Positions 22,528 through 36,099 of a stretch of 64,000 nt of DNA are shown piece after piece. The notes beneath the pieces are model-generated. The model was not told the origin of the DNA, did not search any database, and saw nothing but the letters and a program-made list of their open reading frames with translations. The position numbers were made by a program, and so were the translations under genes. Position 1 is the first letter of the stretch; every line of letters starts with the position of its first letter. The DNA comes from Hydrolagus colliei (lineage: Eukaryota), in the NCBI GenBank assembly GCA_035084275.1, contig CM068769.1, positions 1,550,001 to 1,614,000 of the forward strand, read 5' to 3'.

Positions 22528-25500
22528 TTGCTTCAACAATAGGAACCGATTGATTTAACACAGCGCAATACGCAATTGACTGTGTGTATGGATGTGGGGG
22601 TGGGGGGGTGGAGAGTTGGGGGGGGGGGGGGTGGAGGGCAGGGAATCCTCATACACAACTCCTGTTAACTCCATAATTAAACCGCAGCATATGGGATGGT
22701 CATAGTAAAAATACAACAGCGAAAACGTAAATTTATATACCGCTCTCTAATGCAGGATGGCATCTCAGAGCTCTTCTCAATGACAGATACTGCGCCCGTG
22801 CGAGGGACTGGAGGCGAAAAGTAACCAAACGCTCGGTCAAAGAAACATCTTCATCTGATTCCCCAAATTAGTAAGAGAGGGAAGAGGTGAAGCGGTTCCT
22901 GGGACTCGAGGCGAAGCGGCTGACGGCACGGCCGCCGACGGTGGAGCGGATGATTTAGGGGACAAGGACGAAGCCAGAAACGTTGGACTCAAGGCAACAG
23001 TTGCTGTGTTGGGGAGAGAGGTAGGTCAGAGAGGCAGGGGAGGTGGATGCAGAGGAGTGCAGAGACTTGAAAACTGGAGTGAGGATCTTGAAATCGATCC
23101 TCTCCGATACAGAGAGCGAGTGAAGTCTGGCAAGCACTGGGGTAATCTAAAGGAAATGCAAGAATTATTATTTTTACTATTATTACTATTATCATTATTA
23201 CTATTATTAATCCCACACACAAGTGCCGTTTGTGTTGACGATCGAGATAATGCAGGGAGACTGGAGAGGGGCTGGCCAAAACAGAATATTCTGCATATTT
23301 CTGACTTCCACTTCAAATTTCGCAAAGCAGTGTCTCACAAACAGTCCTTGAATCTGTGACCTAATTAATAATTCGCTACTCTACACATTGGCTTTCTTTT
23401 ACAGTTTAGTTTACCTAATTTTGAATGTAATATTACCACCGCCACAGGAATGTGCTCTGCCAATCGATTAACAAATGTTGAGCCTGTAGCTCAATGGTAA
23501 GAGCATTAGCCTTGCAAGTGAGAGACCTGTGTTCTTTTCAGGTTGGGCAAAAGCATGTGCATTATTGTACACACGTGAGAAAAATCCATTATAAAAAATG
23601 ATCATTTCAATCCACGACTGTTTGGGGGACACTGCTTTGTGAAATGGGCTACAGAATTTCTCCCACAAATATACAGTCACTTAACAGTCTATACTGTAAA
23701 GTGCTTTATGACAACTCGATGTCGTGAAAAGCGCTACAGAAAATGCAAGAATTACTGTTATTTTCATTGTTAAATTGATTCCTCCTTGGTGCTAGTTAAA
23801 CAGAGGTTTCTGCAGGAATTAAACTGACTCGTGGTTTGACCCACCCAGGAACCATATCCAGCTCTGCTCGCTTTCGAGGCTTGTGTTGTTATTATTTAGC
23901 TATAGAACTCCAGGGTATTTGCTGTACAACGCAGTAACGCGGCTTCATATTGATGTGAATGTTGCTATAAAGGTTTGTTGTATTGTATGATTATATAGCG
24001 CCATCTAGCTTCATTTCAGGCAAGTGTCAGTTGATGGGTTGTGTGATGATGATCTGATTTTGATTTACCCATATATCCAATGGGACAATTAGTACATCAT
24101 CAATATTCTTCTCGACATCTCCCTGTTGAACAAGTCCTTGCAAAAGCTTTCCACCACTTCGAGTTATACACACATATATCTCCCATCACAGGACATCCAC
24201 AACCGCCCCGCCCCACACTCGCACCCGCAACACACCCGCCACCCCCCACCAAGAGAAGCACCCATCTCCCCAGCTCATACCCTAACTCCCTCCCTCTCCA
24301 AACCCTCCAATACTACTTACCATCAGTGGACAGGCATTCACTCTCTCTCCTACCGCTCTCTTGAATTACATCCCAGAGTCATTTCGCTACCCTTTCTCGC
24401 TTGACAAACTACGCCCGGTCTGAACACCCTCCTCTTCGATCTTGCCTGCTGCTGCCCTCCCAACTCCCTCACATCCCACGCGAACTTTCTTTCCTACCCT
24501 TCCAAATTTCTCCCCTCCCCTTCCAACTCTCTGCCCCTCTCCTGCCAAATCTAGACTTTTCCTCTCCCAAATCTCTACCCATCCATTCCCAACACTCTCC
24601 GTCGATGCCAACAATCTACCTCCCGCCCAAATCTCTCCCTCTCCTCCCAACACTCTCCCCATCTTCCACAATCTCTCATTCCCCTTCCAAATCTCTCCCT
24701 TCCCTGCCAGCTGTCCACCACCGCATTTGGATGTACTCCCATCGTCAAATGCGCTTAATCAATTTAATTTTGTCTTTGTCGTTGCTTTATTCTAATAACA
24801 ACAGCAGTGCATGACAATGATAATAACATTATTGCTTCCGTTAGTTGGAGCGCCATATCACGTATTTCATTTGAACCACAATATAATATAGTATACTTGT
24901 GATTCACTACATTTTGTCTAGCAATGCGGCAACGAACAGACTACATTAGTGTTCCACAAGTAGTCTTGGATATGGTGACTTATGCTTTTGTAAGGGAATG
25001 ACAAATCTTGCATTTGATATAACGCTTTTCACGTCTAATCGACGACTCAAAGCGCTTCACAGAATATACAGTCAGGTGAATTGACGACATCTTTGTGGGC
25101 GACACGCGGCAGCCGCTTGTGCACAGTAGTGTCGCACAATTAGTCGTGGGTTGAAATGAACAATTTAATTATTGTGGTTGTTAACTAGTTATTAAGTCTA
25201 CCTGAAAAGAAATGCACAGTTTCACTACCAACAGGCGGCCAATTTATTCCTTGTTAAACAGAGTCATTTGGAAGATGGAAACATGCCGAAAGTTTCTCCT
25301 TGACGGTTATCAAAATAGGTGTCCTCTCTACGGAATCTTTGTTCCACAAATATACAGTCAAATCGTTTTATGGTGTGTAATATGGGAAGTGATTCAAGTC
25401 GACGGTAAGATGTGAAACGCGCTACATCAAATGAAAGCATTATTCTTACATTATTATAACTTTGTCTCACATTCCATTCTACACAGATGGAGCTTGACTT

Positions 25501-26256
25501 GTTCAGTTCAAGCTATATCAGTATTTGTTTCCGTTTAAATTATGTTTCACTCACAAAACATTAAACTCAACACAATATGTCGTTGCGTATAATCAACATC
25601 CATTGGGATTACTGGCTCGAAATTATTTTGCCAAAAAGCAAATCCATTGAGAAAGTGAGACATCTCAATAAAGCTGCACATGACACAGTGTGATATCTAA
25701 AAGAGGGACATCTAGAAGTTCTGGACAAGATATAGTGTGATGTGTGCTGACAGTTTCTGTCTGTCAACTCGCTGTTAACTCACTTTACAGTATATTCACT
25801 GACACACGTTGTGACGTCCAGCAACATCAACAACAAAATTACAGTTGTACGGCGTCTTTGACATCAGGAGAATGTCCCACGACGCTGCCTAGTTACTGCT
25901 ACGGACCCGAGCTGAGGAGAGGTGGGGATGTGGGGAGGTGGGGGATTGTGGCGGAGGAGTTCCGATGGATCCATCGAAGAGGAGAGTCCTGGGGCGAGAC
26001 TCGAGGAAGGCCAGGTAGATATGATAATGCGTTCATAACCGAAATTAAAGATGGTTATTGCTAATCTTTCTTCCACTCTTCTCCTATACATTGTATCACT
26101 TGTTCGCATGTGGTTGGAAATGGAGTCACGTGTTTTCTCTGAGACTCACAGCAACAAATGTAGGATACGTCAAATAGGGCTACCGTCAGGAATGCCATCT
26201 GTGATGTGATTAAACCCATTAACTCCCTTTGCAGGTTTATGTTCGGTGGTGTAGAG

Positions 26257-26603
26257 TGTTTTTGTACGAGTCTCAGGCTGGTTCGCATCATTGTGTGGAC
26301 AGAGAGCACAGTAATACACAGCGCTGTCAGACAGTTCCAGCTGGGAGATAGTTAAACTGCTGAGTTTTGTCGTGGTCTGGAGTTCCATAGAGAATCTTTT
26401 ATCAATCAAATCTGCTCTGTATGCACTCCCACTGGAATGCTTCATGAGTATATACTGAGGTTGATTTCCCAACAGTTCTCGATACCATTGCAAATAATAG
26501 CTGCTGAGAGATGTTTCCTACTGACATTCCATGGTTACACTTTCTCCTTCTTTCTCGGTCACTGGAGCCGCCTTCTGTGTCACAGAGTCCCCTTGGGCCA
26601 GGC
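26257..26603 (-). pseudogene. TCR alpha/delta V with a single nonsense codon (V exon 26603-26296; 23-RSS 26295-26257)
   Basis: (G)LAQGDSVTQKAAPVTEKEGESVTMECQ*ETSLSSYYLQWYRELLG...LTISQLELSDSAVYYCALC. RSS CACAATG, 23 bp, ACAAAAACA. Only a frameshifted leader-like stretch is seen (~27319-27352). Confidence 0.92.
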
Positions 26604-26623
26604 CTGAAATATAGAAACACGCA

Positions 26624-26692
26624 GACCTGTAGATCAAGCGTTCGCGCTCGCTTCGCAAGCGAGAAGACCTGGGTTCGATTCCCGGGCAGGAC
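26624..26692 (+). mobile_element. tRNA-like SINE head / tRNA pseudogene (Ala-CGC-like arm), not a functional tRNA
   Basis: Perfect anticodon stem CTCGC-TTCGCAA-GCGAG and T arm CTGGG-TTCGATT-CCCGG. The D arm is truncated and the acceptor stem mismatched. Confidence 0.65.
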
Positions 26693-28775
26693 ACAATAAA
26701 TCTTCAGGCAAGTGTCCTAACAAGCATGCGTTTGTTTGCGTAGCACCAACTTGAAACCCAGTTGTTTGTCGATTGGCGGATTGGGTTTACCAAGTGTAAT
26801 GATCCGTTTGAAAATACAGAAATTATTTAGTCATTCAATCAAAGACTGTTTGTGCGACACTTCTGTGAGATCATGGCATTCCCGTTTCTTCCACAGATTA
26901 CATTACTCTTTACACAATATTCTTTGAAGTGATTCTAGTATCTCTAACCGATGCTTGACCCAATGCGTCGATTGTTAATGTTGTTATGAACCCTTTGGCA
27001 AGTTTTCTTAATCCACACGCCTACTAATAATCCCTCAACAAATAGGCCGTAATTAAATTGGTCATTTCAATCCACGACTGTTTGTGGGACACTGCTTGCA
27101 CAATTGGCTGCCGCGTTTCGCCCACATATATACAGTAAATTCACTTTGCAGTTTATTCTGCGAATCGCTTTGGGACGTTGATAAGATGTGAAAAGCGATT
27201 CGTCAAATGCAAAGATTAGTATTATTAATAGTATTATCATAATGTAGAGTATATATACACATAAACAAATCAACGGGTTTGAAAATTGATTAAAATGACC
27301 ACTGTTACACCATATTACCTATTAAAATGGCAACCAGAGGCAGACGCCCATTGACTCTCCATATTGTCATCACTCACTGCAAAATTACGATGTTATGTGT
27401 GAAGGTATTGTTGTTGATCTGCGACATACAGCTCTGAGACAGGTGACGCTTGATGGTGATGACCTCACTTCCTAATCCTGTGTCGTGGACATCAACTGAT
27501 CAGTGTGATAGCGATGTCAATAAGTCACAGATCATCGTCTGGGTAAAGAGATGGGGGAGCGTATCTTAATTGAGTTAATTCAGTTTGGCGACAGACATAG
27601 CGGCGACACTGAACATTATTCATATATCTGATATTTGATATTACTTCCTGTTTTAAAGATGAGGCAACTTTAAGCGCTCCACACAAAATACTGTCAGGTT
27701 TAATGACTTTAGAAATTATTTGTGTGTTGTCATATGTTATATTGAACGACTAACAGTTGACGCACTTATGCTCGACGACATGTGGACTGGATACCAATGG
27801 ATCTGGGCTGGAATCAGAGCAAAAACCCGTAGAGTCGCGAAACGCGGCAGCCAAATTGCGCACATTCGTGTCCCACAAACAGTCATGGCAGTGGGATTAC
27901 GGCAAAATGGGGGCAACAATGGCAAGGGGAGGGGTCGGGGTAGGGAGAATGAGTGCAAGACCCGAAATCTTGACTCGATTGTCTTTACTCCATAGTTGAT
28001 GCCTGGTCTGCTGATTGTTCACAGCCATTTCTGTTTTTGTTTCAGATTTCCAGCCTCTGCAATATTTTGCGTGTTTATTCAGGCGGAATCTATTGATGGA
28101 AGTTCAGCTAGTTGGTCACACATATTGTGTAGCTATTACTGAATATAATCGGCTACGACTTAAGCGCTCGAGACACCGTCTGGCATGAAGGACGCTATGT
28201 AGATTCAAGTTGTTGTTGTTGATCTCTTCGTTCATGTCAATTGTGGTCAGCCTCAACTGGGATCCTGGACGTATGTGGAAAACCATGAAATTGCTTGAGC
28301 ATATCCAAACCAGATAGAGCATTCAATTTATACCATCATTACTGAACGATTACTCGACAGTTATTAAGAGGCATGGGTTTGCCTCAGAGCAACGCAAATG
28401 TTGGACAAGTTGATTTACTCCTCTGTTTTTGCCTCTGTTTAATCAGCAATAAAGTGGAACCATGTTGTTAGTCGATTGGCCGATCACTAGTTACGGATTA
28501 ATAACCACTCAATATAGAACAATGATGGAAGCACTGAATCCATAGTTGCTCATAGTACACTGCTATGCTCATTTGGCTGCTGCGTTTCGCTCAAAAAAGT
28601 TGCAGTCAATTCATATTATTGTGTATTCCGTGTTCCGTTTTGGTGGGTGCCGAAGACGTTATCAGTCGCTATTCTAAACACAAGGATTATTATTGTTGTC
28701 ATCAATTCTGCGAGACGTCTCAAACGACTTCGCAAAATACAATGTAATGCGCATCGACAATATCAGTTTTAAACC

Positions 28776-30312
28776 CTAGGTTACTAAGTGAGGCACGGGA
28801 GCAAATAGCAGGGACTCTGGCCACGATCTTTCAATCTTCGTTGGACACAGAGGTCGTGCCAGATGCCAGGAGGTTAGCTAATGTTACTCTCTTGTACAAA
28901 AAGGGGCAGAAGGACAAGCCTGATAACTACAGACCAGTCAGTCTAACGTCGGTAGTGGACAAACTTCTAGAGTCCATAATCAGGGACAAGGTAGATCTTC
29001 ACTCAGAAAGATATAGGCTAATAAAGGACAGTCAACATGGAGTTGTTAAAGGCAAATCTTGCCTTGCAAATCTGATAGAATTTTTTGATGAGGTAACGGA
29101 ATGTGTCGATAATGGTGGCGCAGTTGATGTAGTTTACATGGACTTTCAAAAGGCATTTGACAAAGTGCCACATGAGACACATATTATGAAATTAAAGGCC
29201 CATGGCGTAAAAGGGACAGTGGCAGCGTGGATCCACAACTGGCTGCGAGACAGAAAGCAAAGAGTTGTAGTGAGCGGCTGTTTTTCAGATTGGAGGGAAG
29301 TGAGCAGTGGTGTGCCACAGGGATCAGTTTTGCGACCATTGCTGTTTGTAATCTACATCAATGATCTGGACATGGGTGTACGGAGTACAGTTTCCAAGTT
29401 TGCAGATTACACTAAGTTAGGGAGAATAGTAAATAGTGAGGAGGATAGTAGCCATCTGCAAGAGGATATAGACAAATTGGTAAAGTGGGCAGACACATGG
29501 CAGATGACGTTTAATGCAGAGAAGTGTGAGGTGATGCATTTTGGGAGAAGAAATGAAGGGAGGTAATATAGGCTAGATAGTACAATTTCAAATGGTGTGA
29601 AGGAAAAGAGAGACCTGGGGATTTGTGTCAGTGACTCGTTGAAGGTGGCAGGACAGGTAGACAAGGCTGTTAAGAAGGCATATGGGATACTAGGCTATAT
29701 AAATAGGGGTATAGAGTACAAAAGTCACGAAATACTGACTAACCTCTATAAGACTTTGGTGAGGCCGCAGCTGGAATACTGTGTTCAATTCTGGTCACCA
29801 CACGACAGAAAGGGTACAACGAAGATTTACTAGGATGGTGCCAGGATTGAGGGACTTCAGCTATGAGGAGAGGCTGGATAGGCTAGGGTTATTCTCTCTG
29901 GAGCAGTGAAGATTGAGGGGAGACCTAATAGAGGTTTATAAGATCATGAGGGGTTTCGACAGGGCAAATGGAGAAAAACTATTTCCACTCGTGGGTGAAT
30001 CTGTGACTCGTGGTCACAGATTTAAAATAGTTTCAAGGCGAAGTAGAGGGGAGCTGAGGAGAAATTTATTCACTCAGAGAGTTGTTCGAATCTGGAATGC
30101 ATTGCCTGAAAAGGTGGTGGAGTCTGATTCGATAACAACTTTTAAAAGGGAATTCGATATTTTTTTAGCGAGAACAGATCTATTAGGCTGTGGGGAGCGG
30201 GCAGGGCAGTGGGATTGAATCGCTCTTTGCAAAGAGCCGGCACAAACTAGATGGGCCGAATGGCCTCCTTTTGTGCCGTAAAATTCTATGAATTTATGAA
30301 ACTATGAATCTA
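28776..30312 (+). mobile_element. CR1 LINE copy A (5'-truncated, RT domain, stops)
   Basis: ORF 28841-29566 has NYRPVSLTS, YMDFQKAFDKV, GVPQGSVL and KFADYTK; the element ends in a CR1 tail. Confidence 0.95.
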
Positions 30313-30351
30313 TAATGTGGTGTGAAGTCAGAAAATCTACATGGTGCATTG

Positions 30352-30365
30352 TCGCCCTCTAGTGG
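30352..30365 (-). promoter_or_regulatory. Strong CTCF-like motif (identical duplicate at 31521-31534)
   Basis: Minus strand TGG-CCACTAGAGGGCGA-CA, matching the core consensus plus the upstream TGG. Confidence 0.7.
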
Positions 30366-30412
30366 CCAGTATATGAAAATTCAACTCTATCATAATATTT
30401 GATGCAAAACTT

Positions 30413-31481
30413 GTTGTAGTGAGCGGCTGTTTTTCAGATTGGAGGGAACTGAGCAGTGGTGTGCCACAGGGATCGGTTTTGGGACCATTGCTGTTTGTAA
30501 TCTACATCAATGATCTGGACTTGGGTGTACGGAGTACAGTTTCCAAGTTTGCAGATGATACTAAGTTAGGGAGAATAGTAAACAGTGAGGAGGATAGTAG
30601 CCGTCTGCAAGAGGATATAGACAAATTGGTAAAGTGGGCAGACACATGGCAGATGAAGTTTAATGCAGAGAAGTGTGAGGTGATGCATTTTGGGAGAAGA
30701 AATGAAGGGAGGCAATATAGGCTCGATAGTACAATTTTAAATGGTGTAAAGGAACAGAGATACCTGGGGATTTGTGCTAGTGACTCGTTGAAGGTGGCAG
30801 GACAGGTAGACAAGGCTGCTAAGAATGCATATGTGATACTAGGCTTTATAAATAGAGGTATAGAGTACAAAAGTCAGGAAGTGCTGACTAACCTCTATAA
30901 GACTTTGGTGAGGCCTCAGCTGGAATACTGTGTTCAATTCTGGTCACCACACTACAGAAAGGATGTGAAGGCATTGGAAAGGGTACAACGAAGATTTACT
31001 AGGATGGTGCAAGGATTGAGGGACTTCAGCTATGAGGAGAGTCTAGTTAGGCTAGGGTTATTCTCTCTGGAGCAGAGAAGATTGAGGGGAGACCTCATAG
31101 CGGTTTATAAGATCATGAGGGGTTTCGACAGGGCAAATAGTGAAAATCTATTTCCACTCGTGGGTGAATCTGTGACTCGTGGTCACAGATTTAAAATAGT
31201 TTCAAGGCGAAGTAGAGGGGAGCTGAGGAGAAATGTATTCACTCAGAGAGTTGTTCGAATCTGGAATGCATTGCCTGAAAAGGTGGTGGAGGCTGATTCG
31301 ATAACAACTTTTAAAAGGGAATTCGATATTTTTTTAGCGAGAACAGATCTATTAGGCTGTGGGGAGCGGGCAGGGCAGTGGGATTGAATCGCTCTTTGCA
31401 AAGAGCCGGCACAAACTAGATGGGCCGAATGGCCTCCTTTTGTGCCGTAAAATTCTATGAATTTATGAAACTATGAATCTA
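30413..31481 (+). mobile_element. CR1 LINE copy B (chimera of copies C and A)
   Basis: 322-aa ORF 30419-31387 (GVPQGSVLGPLLF, KFADDTK, YKTLVRPQLEYCVQFWSP). The 5' part matches copy C and the 3' part matches copy A. Confidence 0.95.
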
Positions 31482-31581
31482 TAATGTGGTGTGAAGTCAG
31501 AAAATCTACATGGTGCATTGTCGCCCTCTAGTGGCCAGTATATGAAAATTCAACTCTATCATAATATTTGATGCAAAACTT

Positions 31582-32650
31582 GTTGTAGTGAGCGGCTGTT
31601 TTTCAGATTGGAGGGAACTGAGCAGTGGTGTGCCACAGGGATCGGTTTTGGGACCATTGCTGTTTGCAATCTACATCAATGATCTGGACTTGGGTGTACG
31701 GAGTACAGTTTCCAAGTTTGCAGATGATACTAAGTTAGGGAGAATAGTAAACAGTGAGGAGGATAGTAGCCATCTGCAAGAGGATATAGACAAATTGGTA
31801 AAGTGGGCAGACACATGGCAGATGAAGTTTAATGCAGAGAAGTGTGAGGTGATGCATTTTGGGAGAAGAAATGAAGGGAGGCAATATAGGCTCGATAGTA
31901 CAATTTTAAATGGTGTAAAGGAACAGAGATACCTGGGGATTTGTGCTAGTGACTCGTTGAAGGTGGCAGGACAGGTAGACAAGGCTGCTAAGAAGGCATA
32001 TGTGATACTAGGCTTTATAAATAGGGGTATAGAGTACAAAAGTCAGGAAGTGCTGACTAACCTCTATAAGACTTTGGTGAGGCCTCAGCTGGAATACTGT
32101 GTTCAATTCTGGTCACCACACTACAGAAAGGATGTGAAGGCATTGGAAAGGGTACAACGAAGATTTACTAGGATGGTGCAAGGATTGAGGGACTTCAGCT
32201 ATGAGGAGAGTCTAGTTAGGCTAGGGTTATTCTCTCTGGAGCAGAGAAGATTGAGGGGAGACCTCATAGCGGTTTATAAGATCATGAGGGGTTTCGACAG
32301 GGCAAATAGTGAAAATCTATTTCCACTCGTCGGTGAATCTGTGACTCGTGGTCACAGATTTAAAATTGTTTCAAGGCGCAGAAGAGGGGAGCTGAGGAGA
32401 ATTTTTTTCACTCAGCGAGTTGTTCGAATCTGGAATGCATTGCCTGAAAAGGTGGTGGAGGCTGATTCGATAACAACTTTTAAAAGGGAATTAGATCTTT
32501 ATTTAGGGAGAACGGGTCTATTAGGCTATGGGGAGCGGGCAGGGCAGTGGGATTGAATCGCTCTTTTCAAAGAGCCGGCATAGACTAGATGGGCCGAATG
32601 GCCTCCTTTTGTGCCGTAATATTCTATGATTCTATGATTCTATGATTCTA
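31582..32650 (+). mobile_element. CR1 LINE copy C
   Basis: 322-aa ORF 31588-32556 with a (TTCTATGA)n tail; same 5' breakpoint as copy B (offset 1169). Confidence 0.95.
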
Positions 32651-33547
32651 ACTTGAAATAATGCAATCATTGAAACAATAATATTGTGTAGTTGCCCGTG
32701 TCTTATGCCAGGTCAGAATAAGTAAAGTAGTAGCCTGTATATTTGTTGGACGAAAGTCGGCAGCCAATTGTGTAGACTACTGACAAGCAAAGTGTAAGGG
32801 ATGGAGTGAGCATTTATTATTTTTTATTTTGTGGCGAATTCTCTACTCTGGAAATACTAGTCGACGTAGAAATGGTTTCCGGCTTCCAGCTAGACACACC
32901 GAACAATGAGGTGTAAGACAATTGGGTCAACGTTTCTTCTAATCAGAGACGCAAGTCTCGGTCCCATCATTGAGGTGAAAGGGGCAGAGTTCGCCTTCAG
33001 ATTGGAGAGAGCGAAGAGGTTGACGTAGATTTAATGTTTCAGAGCACACAAATTGGGAGAAAGTATAGCACGGAGGACTTTGAAACTGATAATGAGGATT
33101 TCGAATTCTGGGGAATGGGTAAGCAAAAGAGAGAGCGAGTTTCCAATGCTAGTTTTATGGAAATTGATGTGTGGAAAAACATCAGCTGTTGAGTGCTGAA
33201 TGAATCACATTTTGTGCACGAAAGAGTTCGGAAGGCCGACACCCATTGAGTTAACAGAGCTGTAAATTGAAGTGATGAACACGTGGGCGTAATGTAAGAA
33301 ATCTAAAATAATTATTCGTTTTATTATATTAGCAAACCCCAATCAATTAATAGCAACTGGACATGCAGCGAATAATTATTGTCTGCATTTATCGTGCAGG
33401 TAATGAATATATGACGTGATTCAGGGAGGTGAATGTGGACTCATCTGTGGCTTCCTTTGGCTATCTGCAGCTCACAGGGCACGAAGACTTTATCAAGCAT
33501 CCACTTGGTATTCAACCAGCGGATCAACCCATGTAAAATGCGTAGGC

Positions 33548-34170
33548 AGTTTCTGTGAGAATTGCTACGACATCTGTCACTGTGGTGAGTTTACAACAAC
33601 ATCAAAAACAACGTTACATTTGTAAAGCGACTTTCACGTCAGGAGGACGTCCCCAGGCGCTTGACAGTAATTGGTTCAGATCCCAACTGAGGAAAGGTTG
33701 AGTGGGGGGTGGAGATGCCGATGGGTTCTTCGAAGAGGAGAGTCTTCAGGCGGATTCTTGAAGGACGTCAGGGAGGGGGCGACGGTTGTGCCTGCGAAAT
33801 GGAGTTCCAGTGTTTGGATGGCAGAGTGGCTGACGGCCAATGCTTGTGCGGATGGGGCATGGGTGGTGGAGCAGATCAGAGCCAGCTGAGTGGATGCGTC
33901 GGGCAGTTTGGTAGTGGGATAACAGGTCAGGGATGTAGGGTGCGGCGAGATTTTAGCGGACTTTAAATGCCACAGTGTTTCGCAGCAGTGGATCAGAGAT
34001 AACCAAAGTAAGTGTTGGAAGTATCAGAGATGTATAACTGAGCACAGAAACAATTTCGAAATCCCATGGCATTAACTTGATTGTTTCCCCGCAGAATATC
34101 CACGAATTGTAAATTCCTGCAGCTTTTCTCGCTACCAAAAGAGATTTTAATAGCTAACAGGAGTAGAATA
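33548..34170 (-). pseudogene. Heavily decayed family-A V split by an L2 3' fragment (V remnant 34170-33968; L2 ~33967-33590; RSS 33584-33548)
   Basis: Three frames give YSTPVSY*NLFW*R..QEFTIRGYS, NQVNAMGFRNCFCAQL and LTLVISDPLL, colinear with the family-A Vs. The orphan RSS (CACAGTG, 21 bp, ACAGAAACT) is preceded by CTCAC exactly as in the 19.7-kb paralogue. Confidence 0.7.
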
Positions 34171-34761
34171 AAAAATATTAGTAGTAACACCAAATATTAT
34201 CCTCTCCAGAAAGAAACGCAATAATAAAATTGGTCATTTAAATCCGTGACAGTCTGTGGGACGCTGCTGTGCAAAACTGGCTGCTGCGTTTCACCCACAA
34301 ATTTAGTCATCAAACTACACAATACTTTATTTGAAGCGCGTTTTGACGTTACAGAAGACGTGAAAACGGCTATGACAAATGGAAGAAATATTACTACAAT
34401 GTCTGCGTTAACAGTCATGGCACGGCTAACGAAAATTATTTTCCAGAGCGTATGTTTATGGGAGTTGACTCGATAGTCTTGTTGTACAACATGCGAGCAT
34501 TGTCTCAAAAACGAAGATTCTTGGTGCAATTATTAACTCGGAAAAAAAGCAGCAAAGTTTTCTTATTCTGTATTATTCACCTACAAAATGTACATTCACG
34601 TCACTTTAAGTAGATACTTTGCAGCCCTTTGGGACGTTTCTGTAAGTCATAGGCGGTATATTAAATACAAGTATAATTACCGTTTTATAAATGCGGATTA
34701 CTTTTCTCTTTCTTTTGACACAACGTCGCCTCTTGTGGTTTCACTGCATTGGTACAGTTGA

Positions 34762-35938
34762 CTTATTTGTACGATGCCCCCATGCCATGCCTACAAGGCG
34801 GAAAGCTTGGCGCAGTAATACAGGGCACTGTCATCGATCAGGACGGTGTCAATTCTCAGTTCAAAATATTCTCTTATTCTATGGACGGTGGAGTGAAACC
34901 AAGCTGGAAAGTCAGGATTCCTGTCATCCTTCCCTGCAATGGGAGACAGTATGTAGACGGGAGCGTTCCTTGATGCGTGTCTGTACCAGAAGAGGCTATC
35001 GGGATCATTTATTTTCTTCAAGGTGCAGGATATTGTAACGTCTTCTCCCTCTCGTATCAACAGATCAGCAATGGAGTGTTTCCCCGTGTTCTGCAGGCTG
35101 TTACCTGTGGCGAAATTGAACAGCCTAGTTGAGCCGCAATCTTGTATTAGTTGATATCCTGCATTATATTGCTCAGAGCTCTAGTTTCTCAAGCCAGTGG
35201 ACCTGGGTTCATTTCTCTGGCATGGATAACCATAGCTAAATTACCATGCAACATTTGCCTCAAGCAGTAAGTAGAAATTATTTGTGTCAAGCAGTAAGTA
35301 GAAGTTTTTTGTCAGATTGTCTTCCTGGAGCAATTATAACTTCAGCAATCAATCAATTGCTGCCCCGCCCACAATAAAATAGATACTAACGCAGTTACTA
35401 AATCCAAGGTTATTCTTGTAAAACTGCTCTACACAGTTGGCTGTTGTGGTTCAACCCTGAGTTATACAGCCAATCCATTTCTTCAATGTAATACACTTGA
35501 AGACATTTGAGACGTCTTGAATAGGTTGAACGTCTTGACCCTGGCTCTACACTCTGGAACACCATCCCTCAATCCCTTGGCCTCGCTTCCTACCTTTCTT
35601 CCTTCAATGCCGGTCTCAAGAACTTCCTCTTCGACCTTGCCTTCTGCTCCCATCCTAGCTCTTTACCCTTTCCTACTCTCTTTCTCCCTACCCGACACTT
35701 GCCCCACCCCCACTCGGTTCCCGACTTAACGTTTCAGCACCAAGGGACGTCCTGCCGACCTCAATGGCGCAATTTTCATATAATGTTGTTGTTTTTCTTG
35801 TGATAAAGAACGATACGATATGCAACGATTATTAACATGATACTTTTGTAAAAAGAATAAATAAGATATTACAAAATCTATTTTTTGAAATGTCTTACCG
35901 CAAAGCAAAGCGAGCGTTATTGAAAGCATAGTCCACAT
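34762..35938 (-). CDS. TCR alpha/delta V, open reading frame but degenerate RSS (leader 35938-35899; V exon 35104-34801)
   Basis: MWTMLSITLALLC/GNSLQNTGKHSIADLLIREGEDVTISC...LFWYRH...DDSALYYCAKL. At RSS spacing: CGCCTTG, 23 bp, ACAAATAAG (no CAC). Confidence 0.85.
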
Positions 35939-36099
35939 CTCCCACAGAATCATTGTGATCCTTTGTCTGACATTAACTCTCTAGCTCACGGCTGTTCATT
36001 CTGAATGTTGATGAAATGGAGAGACTTGCAGACATTGCTCCTCCCACACGGAGCCTCGCTTACCCAATCACTGCTCCGACCATGCAAAGTCACGCCCAG

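Noticed and set aside
28841-32556. CR1 and L2 ORFs as host protein-coding genes or active elements
   Set aside because: All are 5'-truncated or contain stops and frameshifts; none has a complete endonuclease plus RT frame.
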